Assembly: GCA_963703155.1 (NCBI GenBank)
Contig: OY969796.1
Location: 3,509,875 to 3,573,874 of the forward strand
Source of the DNA: an uncultured Chloroflexia bacterium
Lineage (GTDB): Bacteria > Chloroflexota > Limnocylindria > Limnocylindrales > CSP1-4
Reading direction: 5' to 3'
Length of the DNA stretch: 64,000 nucleotides
Shown here: in pieces, positions 36,176 through 46,037 of the stretch
How positions within the stretch are numbered: position 1 is the first letter of the stretch
Layout of the letters: each line of letters begins with the position of its first letter
Notes under the pieces: model-generated
The model's input: only the letters and a program-made list of their open reading frames with translations
Told to the model about the DNA's origin: nothing
The model's database searches: none
Program-made: the position numbers and the translations under genes

Positions 36176-37765
36176 GTGGCCGAGCGGTCCATCTCGATCC
36201 GGGGCACCAGCTATCCGGTGATCCTGCCCAAGCTGGGCGATGCCCGGCTGCACGTGGCGGCCGTCACGCTGTCCGTCCACCTGCTGGGCCAGGTGGGCCT
36301 GCACTTCCGCCTCTCGGTCCCGCAGATCCTGGCCGCCATCCTCACCTGCGCGGTGATCGAGCTCTCGGTCACCTTCTACCAGCAGCGCAAGTTCATCTGG
36401 CCCGCGAGCGCCCTGCTGACGGGGAGTGGCGTGGCGCTGATCCTGCGCGTGCCGGGAATGCCCGCAGACGACCCCTGGAACACCTCGTACCTGCTCCTGT
36501 ACGCGGGCGTCGCCGCCTTCGCCCTGGCCACCAAGTACGTGATCAAGTACCGGGGATCGCACGTGTTCAACCCGTCGAACCTCGGGCTCGTGGCGGCGTT
36601 CATCGTCCTGGGCAACAGCCGCGTCGAGCCGCTCGACCTCTGGTGGGCCCCGATGAGCAACCCCCTGATGGTGCTCGCCTACATCATCATCATCGGCGGC
36701 TCCACCGCCCTGCTCTGGCGCGTGCGGCTGCTCGCGATGTCGGTCGCGTACTACATCGTCCTCGCCCTCGGGATGACGATCCTCGCCCTCTCGGGCCACT
36801 GCATGACCGCGAACTGGGCGTTCGCCCCCGTGTGCGGCGCGGACTACTGGCGGATCGTGATGACCTCCCCCGAGATCCTCATCTACACCGCCTTCATGGT
36901 CACCGACCCGCGCGTCATCCCCAGGAGTGCGGTCGGCAAGGTCGTGTTCGGGGCCATCGTCGGCGTCCTGTGCACGCTGTTCATGGCACCCCAGACCGAC
37001 GAGTTCGGCACCAAGGTGGGCCTCCTCGCCGGCCTCGTGCCGCTGTGCGCCACGCGGTACCTGCTCGAGCGCTGGATGCCCGAGCCGCGATCGGCCGCAG
37101 ACTCGGTGCGCATCTTCGCGCGCCGCGTCCTCGCGGGCGGGGCCGGGGCGCGGCCGATGCGCCGCGTGCTGGGCGTGGGCGGGCTCGCCGTCGCCGTCCT
37201 GGTCTTCGGCACCGGCGTGGTGCTGGCCGGCACCCCGGCGCGCGGCGTCGTCACCGTCAACACCGCCGAGGCCCTCAACGGCTATGCGGTTCAGCTCGAT
37301 GCGTCCACGCTGCCCCCGCTGGACGTGACCCAGGGTGTCTGGGACTGGGACCAGTCCATCGCGAGCCAGGCGCCGCAGCTGCTCCTGACGCTCGCGCAGA
37401 ACCTGGAGATCGAGGACCAGGCGCTGCTCAAGCACGACCCGTCCGTCCTGACCGCCGTCGACCACGGTGCACGGCTGGACCAGATGCGCGCGGCCGTGAC
37501 GCCTGCCGGGACGCCCGTGACCGTGTCCCACTACACCTTCGCCGACGTCCGGGTTCGGCTCCTGGTCCCGTTCGGCGTGCAGTCCGGCCTGAGCCTCGGC
37601 TTCGACTGCAAGGGCACGGTGACGCAGCAGACGTACGATGCGTCCGGCAGCCTCGCGTCCCAGCAGGCCGTCCCGTTCGCGCAGACCTTCGCCCTCCGGG
37701 CGGCAACGGGCGGTCGCTGGCTCGTCGTGGCGGCACTGGACTACGGCACCACGCCCAAACCCTGA
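36176..37765 (+). CDS. Polytopic membrane protein with a C-terminal extracytoplasmic domain. Candidate anti-sigma or sensor partner of the ECF sigma factor
   Basis: 529 aa with at least 8 hydrophobic segments in the first 300 aa, then a soluble ~200-aa tail. GGGGAGG SD before the GTG. Directly downstream of the ECF sigma gene. Confidence 0.55.
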   Translation: MAERSISIRGTSYPVILPKLGDARLHVAAVTLSVHLLGQVGLHFRLSVPQILAAILTCAVIELSVTFYQQRKFIWPASALLTGSGVALILRVPGMPADDPWNTSYLLLYAGVAAFALATKYVIKYRGSHVFNPSNLGLVAAFIVLGNSRVEPLDLWWAPMSNPLMVLAYIIIIGGSTALLWRVRLLAMSVAYYIVLALGMTILALSGHCMTANWAFAPVCGADYWRIVMTSPEILIYTAFMVTDPRVIPRSAVGKVVFGAIVGVLCTLFMAPQTDEFGTKVGLLAGLVPLCATRYLLERWMPEPRSAADSVRIFARRVLAGGAGARPMRRVLGVGGLAVAVLVFGTGVVLAGTPARGVVTVNTAEALNGYAVQLDASTLPPLDVTQGVWDWDQSIASQAPQLLLTLAQNLEIEDQALLKHDPSVLTAVDHGARLDQMRAAVTPAGTPVTVSHYTFADVRVRLLVPFGVQSGLSLGFDCKGTVTQQTYDASGSLASQQAVPFAQTFALRAATGGRWLVVAALDYGTTPKP

Positions 37766-37802
37766 CGGCCGCCGTGGCGGCCCGCGCAGCAACGGAGCCG
37801 AC

Positions 37803-38393
37803 ATGGATCGCGACGACGAGCGCCACGCCCGTGCCCACGAGACCCCGATCGTGGGCGGCCTGCCCGAGGCGCCGGGGATCCGGGTGGCGATGCTCCTGAC
37901 GCCCGGCCTCGGAGTCCACTTGCGGGGCCTGGCGGACGAACTGCTGGTCAACGACTACCCGGGCGCCACGATCGACCGGGTGGACCGCGAGCTCATCGCC
38001 ACCGCCGTCTCCGCCGCGAACGACTGCTTCTTCTGCATGGACTCGCACGGCGCCCACGCCGCGGCGCTGATGGACCGCGACGGCGGCGACCTCCGGCTGC
38101 CGGCCATCGACGTCATCAAGACCGGTGGCTCCGAGGGACTCGACCCGAAGCTGGGCGCGCTCGTGAACATCGCCCGGACTGTCCGGCGCGCGCCCCGGGA
38201 GCTCACGCAGGCCGATGTCGAGGCGGCGATCGCGGCCGGTGCCACCGACGGCGACGTCCAGCTCGCCGTCCTCATCGCGGCTGGGTTCGCGATGTACAAC
38301 CGCATGGTCGACGGCCTCCGCGCCCGGACGCCCGCCACGCTCGAGCCCTACCTCGGGCGAGCGGCGGAGATTGCGGAGCGCGGGTACAGCTGA
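37803..38393 (+). CDS. Carboxymuconolactone decarboxylase (CMD/AhpD-like) family protein
   Basis: ...ELIATAVSAANDCFFCMDSHGAHAA... is the CMD-domain CxxxH motif. Confidence 0.8.
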   Translation: MDRDDERHARAHETPIVGGLPEAPGIRVAMLLTPGLGVHLRGLADELLVNDYPGATIDRVDRELIATAVSAANDCFFCMDSHGAHAAALMDRDGGDLRLPAIDVIKTGGSEGLDPKLGALVNIARTVRRAPRELTQADVEAAIAAGATDGDVQLAVLIAAGFAMYNRMVDGLRARTPATLEPYLGRAAEIAERGYS

Positions 38394-38458
38394 GCGGATG
38401 GCCCCTCGGAGGCCGAAAAGCGGGCGCGCGATGGCGCCGGGTTCTGTACGGTGTCGGC

Positions 38459-38797
38459 GTGACCGGCTCAGCCCTCTCGGTCCTTGCCGCGCTGCGGCTG
38501 CTCTCGCGGGACATCGCGGATGGGCGGCCGGTGCTCGAGGCGCGCCTGCTCGATGCCGGCGGGGAAGTCGAGGAGGTCACCATCGAGGCGCTCCGGCGGC
38601 TGGACCGGCTGGGCCTGCCGTTCCAGCTGGGCTTCTCGCAGATTGCCACCGAGCGCGGCGACTACTGGCTGCTGCTGCTCTCGGAAGTGGTGGGCCGGGT
38701 GCAGGCTGCGGAGACGCCCGAGTCTCTCGAGGCGGCAGCCTGGAGCGTGGAAACGCTGCTGCTGGCGGCCGAGCGGACGGTGCGCCAGCGATCGTGA
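38459..38797 (+). CDS. Hypothetical protein (112 aa)
   Basis: High GC3 ORF with a GTG start. No recognisable motif. Confidence 0.4.
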   Translation: MTGSALSVLAALRLLSRDIADGRPVLEARLLDAGGEVEEVTIEALRRLDRLGLPFQLGFSQIATERGDYWLLLLSEVVGRVQAAETPESLEAAAWSVETLLLAAERTVRQRS

Positions 38798-38836
38798 GGA
38801 AACCCCCAGCGTGGGCCGGCTCGACCGGAGGAGCCG

Positions 38837-39504
38837 TCAGACACCCCAGGGGAACGCCGTTGTCGTCGTCCAGGGGCCCAGCAGGAACGGCTCCGCCGGC
38901 CAGCCCGCCGTGGAACCGGTCACGCTGAGCGCGGTGGTCGTGTCGGTCCGGCTGATCTCGAGGACTAGGGTGCCGTTGCCATCGTGCGGCAAGACCACGC
39001 TCGCTGCCCGGACGCACACTGGCATCGCCACCGAGCAGATGCGGCCGGTCGCATCGCCCGCCTCCAGCCCGGCCAGCTCCTGGGGCTCGCCATCGACACC
39101 GTTCACCGTCTCGTTTGTGGTGATCACGGGCGCGACGTCGCCGGTCTCGACGGTCAGGGTCCAGCGCTCGGCCGTGCCGTCCATGCCCGCAACGCTCACA
39201 CGCCAGGCCCTCGCCGAGGGATCAGCCAGCGTGACGCGGATGGCAAGGGCGCTCACGGGCTCGATCGACAGGGCGGGCGTGACCGGAGCGTCCACATTGC
39301 CGCTGTCGGGGATCGCGGTGGCGGCGGGAATCGCCGGCGACGCGGCGGGGGTCGGGACGGGGGTGGCGGCCGATCCGGTGGCGACAGGCGTCGAGGTGGG
39401 CGAGGAAGCGGAGCGACCGGCGCGGCGGGCGCGGCGGGGATGCCCGAGCACGCGGCGACAGCGAGCGCGACGAGGAGGGCGGCGGGCGTCAGACGCGGGG
39501 ACAT
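38837..39504 (-). CDS. Lipoprotein with a frameshift in the Pro/Ala-rich linker near 39400-39440
   Basis: MSPRLTPAALLVALAVAACSG (lipobox) in one frame. The C-terminal domain ...GNVDAPVTPALSIEPVSALAIRVTLADPSARAWRVSVAGMDGTAERWTLTVETGDVAPVITTNETVNG... is in another frame. Confidence 0.55.
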
Positions 39505-39716
39505 GGGACCTCAGGAGCTCGTGCGCGACCGACCGGGCGCCGGCGCCCACCTGTGACGCGCGAGGACCGCCATTTGTGCCCGCCGTCGGCCGCGAGTCAT
39601 GGGTACCGCTGGGCCCCGGTCGTCGACAGGCTTGCGTGGCCACGCGCGACCCGGCGCGGCCTGCGACCCGTTCGCCGTGGGGCGCATTGCCGGCTGCTCC
39701 ACAGCCGCCGCGGCCG

Positions 39717-40508
39717 TCAGTCCAGCGCTGCGTGGAGCTCCGGGGCGTGGCGTCTGAGCCATCGCCGCCAGGTGGAGTAGTCGGGGACGCGGGTCTCGAG
39801 GAGCGCCCAGAACTTGGGTCCGTGGCCGAACACGCGCAGGTGGCACGCCTCGTGGGCCGCCACGGAGTCGAGCGCTCCGGGTGGCGCCAGCACAAGCCGC
39901 CACGAGAACGAGAGGGCGCCCTTGCGCGAGCAGCTCCCCCATCGGCTGGTGGTGTCGCGAATGGCGATCGAGGACGGCGTCACCGAAAGGGTTGCGGCGT
40001 GGCGCTCGACGGCGAGCGTCAGGGCGGCCCTTGCCCGTTCGCGAAACCACGCCTCCAGGATGTCGGCGGCGGCGCGCGTGTCGCGCGGGCCCACCTCGAC
40101 CAGCAGCTCGTCCCCCTCATCGCCGCCGACCCTCGAGACACGGCTGGCGCGAACCCGGGCCGGCGCCGCCACCAGGCGAACGCGGTGCGGGATGCCCAGG
40201 TATGGCACCAGCCGCCCGTCCTCGAGCGTCGGCCGCGCCTCGAGCCTCGCCTGGGTCACCGCCTGGTGGTCGAGGTGGCGGCGGAGCCATGGCTCCCGCT
40301 CGCCCAGGAACTCGCGGATGACACGGTCGGCGCCCCCGCGACCCAGCCGGGCCGCCGCGGGCAGCGTCACCACCACGCCGCGCTCCGGGTGGATGACCAC
40401 GCGCAGGCGACGGGCGCGGGGCGAGCGGCGGAGCGTGTACGGCAGGTCGCCGCCGGGAAGCCGGACGATCTCGTCAAATTCGATGGGCTGGGCGGCCACG
40501 CGCGACAT
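39717..40508 (-). CDS. DUF45/YgjP-family metal-dependent hydrolase (WLM/SprT-like HExxH)
   Basis: ...RWGSCSRKGALSFSWRLVLAPPGALDSVAAHEACHLRVFGHGPKFWALL... Confidence 0.8.
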   Translation of the reverse strand: MSRVAAQPIEFDEIVRLPGGDLPYTLRRSPRARRLRVVIHPERGVVVTLPAAARLGRGGADRVIREFLGEREPWLRRHLDHQAVTQARLEARPTLEDGRLVPYLGIPHRVRLVAAPARVRASRVSRVGGDEGDELLVEVGPRDTRAAADILEAWFRERARAALTLAVERHAATLSVTPSSIAIRDTTSRWGSCSRKGALSFSWRLVLAPPGALDSVAAHEACHLRVFGHGPKFWALLETRVPDYSTWRRWLRRHAPELHAALD

Positions 40509-40597
40509 GGCGGCAGCATAGGGTGTCGCGGGCGGCCGGCGGGTGCGTCACTTCGGCACGGCCTCGCTGAATTTGGGCCACCGCGGCGGGCTGGCGC

Positions 40598-42109
40598 TCA
40601 GACGGCGCGCCGCCGTGCGGCGTGGACCGCGTCGTGCATCTGGGCGGTCGTGGCAGCACGGTCGCGACGCGCCCGTGAGTCGCCCACGGCCTGCAGGGGC
40701 GGATGCCCGTGTGATTCGGGCGCCCATGGCACGCCGTTCGGGAACTGCTCCGCGAACACCTCGACGAGCTCGGGGTCGAACTGAATGCCCGCCATCCGGC
40801 GCAGTTCCTCGATCGCGGCCTCGTGGTCGATCGCCGCGCGATACGGACGGCCGCCGATCATGGCCTCGTAGGCGTCGCAGATCGCCACGATTCGCGCCCC
40901 GATGGGGATGTCCGCCCCTGCGAGGCCGTGCGGATAGCCGCGGCCGTCGAACCACTCGTGGTGGTGGAGCACGATCATCGCGGCGTCCCGCAGCGCTCCC
41001 GCCTGCTCGAGGACCACGTGGCCGATCTTCGGGTGCTCGGTGACCACCCGCCACTCGGCCGGACGCAGATCGTCAGGCTTCGCGAGGATCTCGTCGGGGA
41101 TCGCCAGCTTTCCCAGGTCATGCAGCAGGCTCGCTGTGTGGATCCGGTCAAGCTCGCCCGCGGGGAGGTCGATCGCGCGGGCCATCGCGATCGAGGCCTC
41201 GGCGATCAGCGTCGACGGCTTGCCCGCCCAACCCGGTCGGCCTTCGAGCGAGGCGAGGAGGGCGTCCTGTGCCGCCGCCATCGCCGCCCGGCCGACGTCG
41301 ATCGCTGCCGATCGCGCCTCCGGGCGGATGGGCGAGCGGTGGACCGTGGCCTCGTCGCCGTTCACGCGGTAGACGTACACCGTGTTCCGGCCCAGCGCCT
41401 TCGCTGAGTAGAGCGCGGCATCGGCGTCTCGGATGAGCGCGTCCGAATGGAGCAGCTCGCCCGGCCCACCGGCGACCCCCGCCGAAACCGTCACCGTCGC
41501 CTCGTGCCCGTCCGGCAGCCGAATGGGCGTCCCGGCGACGGCGCGGCGGAGCTTCTCCGCTAGGGAGGCCGCCGCGTCGGCGTCCGTCTCGGGCAGGACC
41601 AGGAGGAACTCCTCGCCGCCGAACCGGCCAACCAAGTCGACCGACCGGATGTTCTCGGCGAGCCGTCGAGCCACCTGCCGCAGCGCAATGTCGCCTGCGA
41701 CGTGCCCGTAGGTGTCGTTGAGGCGCTTGAAGTGGTCGAGGTCGAACATCACGACCGCGAGCGGGCGCTTGTACCTCGAAGCGCGGGCCAGCTCCTCGTC
41801 CACGCGGCTCAGCACTGCCTGGCGGTTCGGGATCGCGGTCAGCGGGTCGACAGTGGCCAGCTGCCACGTAGCCGCCACCCGCTCGGCTAGCAGCTCGAAT
41901 GCCCGGCGGAGATGGGGATCCTGAATCTGCCCGGAATCAGCCGCCACCAGCTCCGCCTCGTCGGCGGCCGTGGCCAGTCGCCCAGCGAGCCTCGCGATTC
42001 GCCGCATCTGCCGGCGCACGACCAGGGCAGAGAAGCCGGCCGTTCCCGCGAGCGCGCCGACGAGCGCCACGAGCAGGCCGCTTGTGATGGCGATGGTCAA
42101 CGCGTCCAT
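40598..42109 (-). CDS. GGDEF diguanylate cyclase fused to an HD-GYP phosphodiesterase domain, with an N-terminal TM helix
   Basis: RFGGEEFLLVL (GGDEF) and ...HHHEWFDGRGYPHGL (HD-GYP). Confidence 0.85.
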   Translation of the reverse strand: MDALTIAITSGLLVALVGALAGTAGFSALVVRRQMRRIARLAGRLATAADEAELVAADSGQIQDPHLRRAFELLAERVAATWQLATVDPLTAIPNRQAVLSRVDEELARASRYKRPLAVVMFDLDHFKRLNDTYGHVAGDIALRQVARRLAENIRSVDLVGRFGGEEFLLVLPETDADAAASLAEKLRRAVAGTPIRLPDGHEATVTVSAGVAGGPGELLHSDALIRDADAALYSAKALGRNTVYVYRVNGDEATVHRSPIRPEARSAAIDVGRAAMAAAQDALLASLEGRPGWAGKPSTLIAEASIAMARAIDLPAGELDRIHTASLLHDLGKLAIPDEILAKPDDLRPAEWRVVTEHPKIGHVVLEQAGALRDAAMIVLHHHEWFDGRGYPHGLAGADIPIGARIVAICDAYEAMIGGRPYRAAIDHEAAIEELRRMAGIQFDPELVEVFAEQFPNGVPWAPESHGHPPLQAVGDSRARRDRAATTAQMHDAVHAARRRAV

Positions 42110-42173
42110 CCGGAACCGGACCTCGTCTTGCGCGCCCCGATCTCTCCCCAGGACGCCGCGGGACCCAGCCTAG

Positions 42174-42197
42174 TCATGGTGCGCTGAATCACCATGA
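42174..42197. promoter_or_regulatory. Inverted repeat TCATGGTG-N8-CACCATGA about 65 nt upstream of the GGDEF/HD-GYP gene start
   Basis: Perfect 8-bp arms. Overlaps a second small IR, GACCA-aa-TGGTC. Confidence 0.35.
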
Positions 42198-42420
42198 CCA
42201 AATGGTCCTACTGCAATCACGGCGGCATGGTCGCCTCGAGGGCGGCTCGCCCTTGCCCGGCGCCGACACGGCTCAGCGCCACAGGCAGCTGTTTCGTGAG
42301 CCTCTCGCGGCGGGCGCTCGCCGCCAGTCGCCGGCTGTCCGGCCGCAGTGGCCAGACTCGTGGCGTTCACCCCGGCCGTTTCGGCCGTCGAGGTCGTGCG
42401 CTATACTGCCGCTCCGGCGT

Positions 42421-42495
42421 GGGGCTATAGCTCAGCTGGGAGAGCGTCTGAATGGCATTCAGAAGGTCAAGGGTTCGAATCCCTTTAGCTCCACC
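42421..42495 (+). tRNA. tRNA-Ala (anticodon GGC)
   Basis: GGGCTAT acceptor with G3:U70, anticodon loop ATGGCAT, T-arm AAGGG-TTCGAAT-CCCTT, ACCA. TATACT -10-like hexamer ~19 nt upstream. Confidence 0.9.
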
Positions 42496-42582
42496 AACAC
42501 CCCGCTAACGCCGACAACCTGACCCCTCGCCGGGACCGGCGGGGGGTCTCGTGTATCGAAGAGGACGGAGAGGGTCCAGGAC

Positions 42583-45135
42583 GTGACGACGACCGGCGAA
42601 GCCCGCGCTCGCGCCGAGCGCTACGAGCCCCAAGCGTTCGAGCCCAAGTGGCAGGCGCGCTGGGCGGAGCTTCGCCTGCACGACACGGACCTCGACGACA
42701 CCTCTCGCCCCCGCTACTACCTGCTGACCATGTACCCGTACCCGTCGGGTGCGCTCCACATCGGCCACTGGTACATCGTCACGCCCACCGACGCGATCGC
42801 CCGCTATCGGCGGATGCACGGCGACAACGTGTTCCTGCCCATCGGCTTCGACGCCTTCGGCCTGCCCGCCGAGAACGCCGCGATCAAGAACCGCATCAAC
42901 CCGCGCGACTGGACCGGGGAGAACATGGACAACATGCGCCGGCAGTTCCGGAGCATGGGCGCCACGTTCGCGTGGGACAACGAGGTCGTGACCTGCGAGC
43001 CCGAGTACTACCGCTGGAACCAGTGGATGTTCACCAAGTTCCTGGAGAACGGGCTGGCGTACCGCTCGGTCTCCCCGGTGGACTGGTGCCCCAACGACGG
43101 CACGCTGGCGCGGGAGCAGGTCGAGGGCGCGGACCGGCACTGCTGGCGCTGCGGCGCGAAGGTGGAGAAGCGCGAGCTGCCGCAGTGGTACCTGCGGATC
43201 ACCGACTACGCGGACGAGCTGCTCAACTTCGAGGGCATCGACTGGCCCGAGCCCATCCGGATCATGCAGACGAACTGGATCGGCAGATCGACGGGCGCCG
43301 AGGTGGTGTTCAAGACGGCTCCATCGGCGCACCACGCGGGCGGCGAGGACGTGCGGGTGTTCACGACCCGCCCGGACACGCTGTTCGGCGCAACGTTCAT
43401 GGTGCTCGCACCCGAGCACCCGCTCGTGGCCGCGATCACCTCGCCTGAGCGGCGTGCCGAGGTTGACGCCTACGTGGCCGCAGCAGCCACGAAGTCCGAG
43501 ATCGATCGGCTCTCGGCCGACCGCGAGAAGACCGGCGTCTACACCGGCGGCGACGCGATCAACCCCGTGAACGGCGAGCGCATCCCGGTGTACGTGGCGG
43601 ACTACGTCCTGGGCGGCTACGGGACCGGCGCCATCATGGCGGTGCCCGCTCACGACGAGCGTGACTTCGCGTTCGCGAAGAAGTACGACCTGCCCATCAT
43701 CAACGTCGTCATGCCCCGCGACGCCGATGCGGACGCGACCCTGGACCAGGCCTTCACGGAGCACACCGTGGACGAGGTCATGGTCAACTCCGGCGAGTTC
43801 ACGGGTCGCCCGGCGGCTGACGCCTGGCACGAGATCGTCGGCTGGCTGCGCGACCAGGGACTGGGGGACAACGCCGTCACCTACCGCCTCCGCGACTGGC
43901 TGATCAGCCGCCAGCGCTACTGGGGCACGCCGATCCCGGTCATCCACTGCGAGGACGACGGCCCGGTGCCCGTCCCCGAGGGCGACCTGCCGGTGCTCCT
44001 GCCCGACACCGTGGACTACCGCGGCTCGGGCGACAACCCGCTCAACCACGACGAGGCGTTCCTGGCCGTCGACTGCCCGCGCTGCGGCAAGCCCGCCCGG
44101 CGCGAGACCGACACGATGGACACCTTCATCGACAGCTCCTGGTACTGGTTCCGCTACCTCTCGCCGCACAACGAGGAGGGCCCCGTCGACCCGACGCTGG
44201 TTGAGCAGTGGACGCCCGTGGTCCAGTACACCGGCGGCGCCGAGCACGCGGTGATGCACCTGCTGTACAGCCGGTTCTTCACCAAGGCGATGCGCGACCT
44301 GGGCCTGGTGGACCAGAGCGAGCCGTTCCGCCGGCTCTTCAACCAGGGCCAGATCCTGGGCGCCGACGGCGAGCGCATGTCGAAGTCGCGCGGCAACGTG
44401 GTCGACCCGGACGACCTGGTCGCGCGCTATGGGGCCGACACCATCCGCCTGTTCCTCATGTTCATGGGCCCCTGGGACCAGGGCGGGCCCTGGAGCCCCA
44501 CGGGAATCGGCGGGGTGTCGAAGTTCCTGGGCCGCGTCTGGGCCATCGCCACCGACCCCCACGGGCGCGAGGCCTCCGACCCATCGGCCGGCTCGCTGCC
44601 GGCGGGCGAGAGCGAGTCCGACGCGCGCGACAGGATGCGGGCTGCGGCCCACCGGACCCTGCGCGACGTGACGGTGGACTACGACGGCTTCCGCTGGAAC
44701 ACGATGGTCGCCAAGCTGATGGAGCTGTCCAACGTGCTCTGGCGGTACCGCGGCACGTCCGTGGCGGGCCTGCCCGAGTGGGACGAGGCGGTCCGGCTGC
44801 TGCTCCTGATGCTGGCGCCGGCCGCGCCGCACATCACCGAGGAGATCTGGTCGCGCCAGGCCGAGGCTCGCGGGGAGGCGTGGACCTCCATCCACGCGCA
44901 GCGCTGGCCCGCCGTCGACGAGTCCGCCGTGGTCGAGGCGACCCGCGAGGTCCCCATCCAGGTCAACGGCAAGCTCCGCGACAAGGTCACCGTTGCGACC
45001 GGGATCAGCCAGCTCGAGCTCGAGCAGATCGTCCTGTCGCGCGACAAGGTGACCGCGGCCATCGGCGACGCGCAGATCGGGCGGATCATCCACGCTGGCG
45101 GCGGCAAGCTGGTCAACATCGTCCTGCGGGGATAG
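42583..45135 (+). CDS. leuS: Leucyl-tRNA synthetase
   Basis: 850 aa. ...YYLLTMYPYPSGALHIGHWYIVTPTDAIARYRRMHG... (HIGH), ...GERMSKSRGN (KMSKS), and the editing and anticodon-binding domains are intact. Confidence 0.95.
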   Translation: MTTTGEARARAERYEPQAFEPKWQARWAELRLHDTDLDDTSRPRYYLLTMYPYPSGALHIGHWYIVTPTDAIARYRRMHGDNVFLPIGFDAFGLPAENAAIKNRINPRDWTGENMDNMRRQFRSMGATFAWDNEVVTCEPEYYRWNQWMFTKFLENGLAYRSVSPVDWCPNDGTLAREQVEGADRHCWRCGAKVEKRELPQWYLRITDYADELLNFEGIDWPEPIRIMQTNWIGRSTGAEVVFKTAPSAHHAGGEDVRVFTTRPDTLFGATFMVLAPEHPLVAAITSPERRAEVDAYVAAAATKSEIDRLSADREKTGVYTGGDAINPVNGERIPVYVADYVLGGYGTGAIMAVPAHDERDFAFAKKYDLPIINVVMPRDADADATLDQAFTEHTVDEVMVNSGEFTGRPAADAWHEIVGWLRDQGLGDNAVTYRLRDWLISRQRYWGTPIPVIHCEDDGPVPVPEGDLPVLLPDTVDYRGSGDNPLNHDEAFLAVDCPRCGKPARRETDTMDTFIDSSWYWFRYLSPHNEEGPVDPTLVEQWTPVVQYTGGAEHAVMHLLYSRFFTKAMRDLGLVDQSEPFRRLFNQGQILGADGERMSKSRGNVVDPDDLVARYGADTIRLFLMFMGPWDQGGPWSPTGIGGVSKFLGRVWAIATDPHGREASDPSAGSLPAGESESDARDRMRAAAHRTLRDVTVDYDGFRWNTMVAKLMELSNVLWRYRGTSVAGLPEWDEAVRLLLLMLAPAAPHITEEIWSRQAEARGEAWTSIHAQRWPAVDESAVVEATREVPIQVNGKLRDKVTVATGISQLELEQIVLSRDKVTAAIGDAQIGRIIHAGGGKLVNIVLRG

Positions 45136-45192
45136 CGGAGCCGGCCTCGGCGGCTGGACCCGGGCACGGGGCGCGGAGCGAGCCCGCCAGGC

Positions 45193-45861
45193 TCAGGCGG
45201 TTCGCGTGCCGGCCGCCTCGAACGACATGGCTCGCTGGAGCGCCGCCGCCCGCATCGACTCGGGGATTGCCACGGGTCCGCCCACGGCGCGCGCGTTGAT
45301 CGCCGCCTGCGCGGCCTCCTCGACCACCCCCAGCGCAAGCACCACCAAGTCGATGCTCCGGTGGAAGACCAGCACGCCGTGGTTCGCGAGCAGCACAGCG
45401 GGATTTCCCGGCAGCACCGCCTGCCGGATGTTGGCCACGGACGCTTCTGAGCCGCGCGGGGCGTACTGGGCGATCGGCACGCCGTCGGGCAGGCCGAACA
45501 TCGCGAGCGCCTCGATCCAGCAGTCGATGCGCTGGTTTGCGACCGCGAACGCCGTCGCGAACGGCGCATGCGTGTGGGCCACGCAGCCCACCTCGCGGTT
45601 GTCCGCGTACATCGCGGTGTGCATCGCGACCACCGCGCCCTGGATTGGCGGCAGGTTGCCCTCGCGGAGCGTCCCGTCGAGCCCCACGCGTGCGATCCCC
45701 TGCGGCGTCAGCCCGCGCAGGGACGGTGCCGACGTGAAGTACATCTCGTCTTCGCCCGGCACGCGGAGGCTGACGTTGCCGTGGCCGTTGTGAGAGATCG
45801 CGCCACCGGCGAGCACGGCCGCCGCGGCCGCCAGGATCTGGTCAACAATCGCGCTGTCCAT
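45193..45861 (-). CDS. Class II aldolase/adducin-family protein (L-fuculose-phosphate-aldolase-like)
   Basis: ...ISHNGHGNVSLRV...CVAHTHAPFATAF.... AGGAG SD 11 nt upstream of the ATG at 45861. The ORF is open further upstream. Confidence 0.8.
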   Translation of the reverse strand: MDSAIVDQILAAAAAVLAGGAISHNGHGNVSLRVPGEDEMYFTSAPSLRGLTPQGIARVGLDGTLREGNLPPIQGAVVAMHTAMYADNREVGCVAHTHAPFATAFAVANQRIDCWIEALAMFGLPDGVPIAQYAPRGSEASVANIRQAVLPGNPAVLLANHGVLVFHRSIDLVVLALGVVEEAAQAAINARAVGGPVAIPESMRAAALQRAMSFEAAGTRTA

Positions 45862-46037
45862 GAGGGGGACGCTCCTGTCTGCGCAGCCGCGGGCGACACG
45901 CCCGGTCGGGAAATGGTGGCATGTTGCTCCAATGCCGTCGCGCGGGCCGGATCGCTGCCGTCGCGGCTCGAGCCACGACCCTTCCATGACCTGCGGATGG
46001 GCCGCCGACCGCGAGGGCTGCCCCGGAGATGGGCCCG

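Noticed and set aside
35837-37951. 704-aa minus-strand ORF, and 35971..37899 on the plus strand in another frame
   Set aside because: They overlap the ECF-partner membrane protein gene, whose frame alone shows TM periodicity and high GC3.
42496-42582. T-box or attenuator leader upstream of leuS
   Set aside because: Only an imperfect GC stem (CCCCTCGCCGG/CCGGCGGGGGG) is present. No T-box specifier or antiterminator motifs were seen.
42505-45093. 862-aa minus-strand ORF
   Set aside because: It is antisense to leuS. Shadow ORF.
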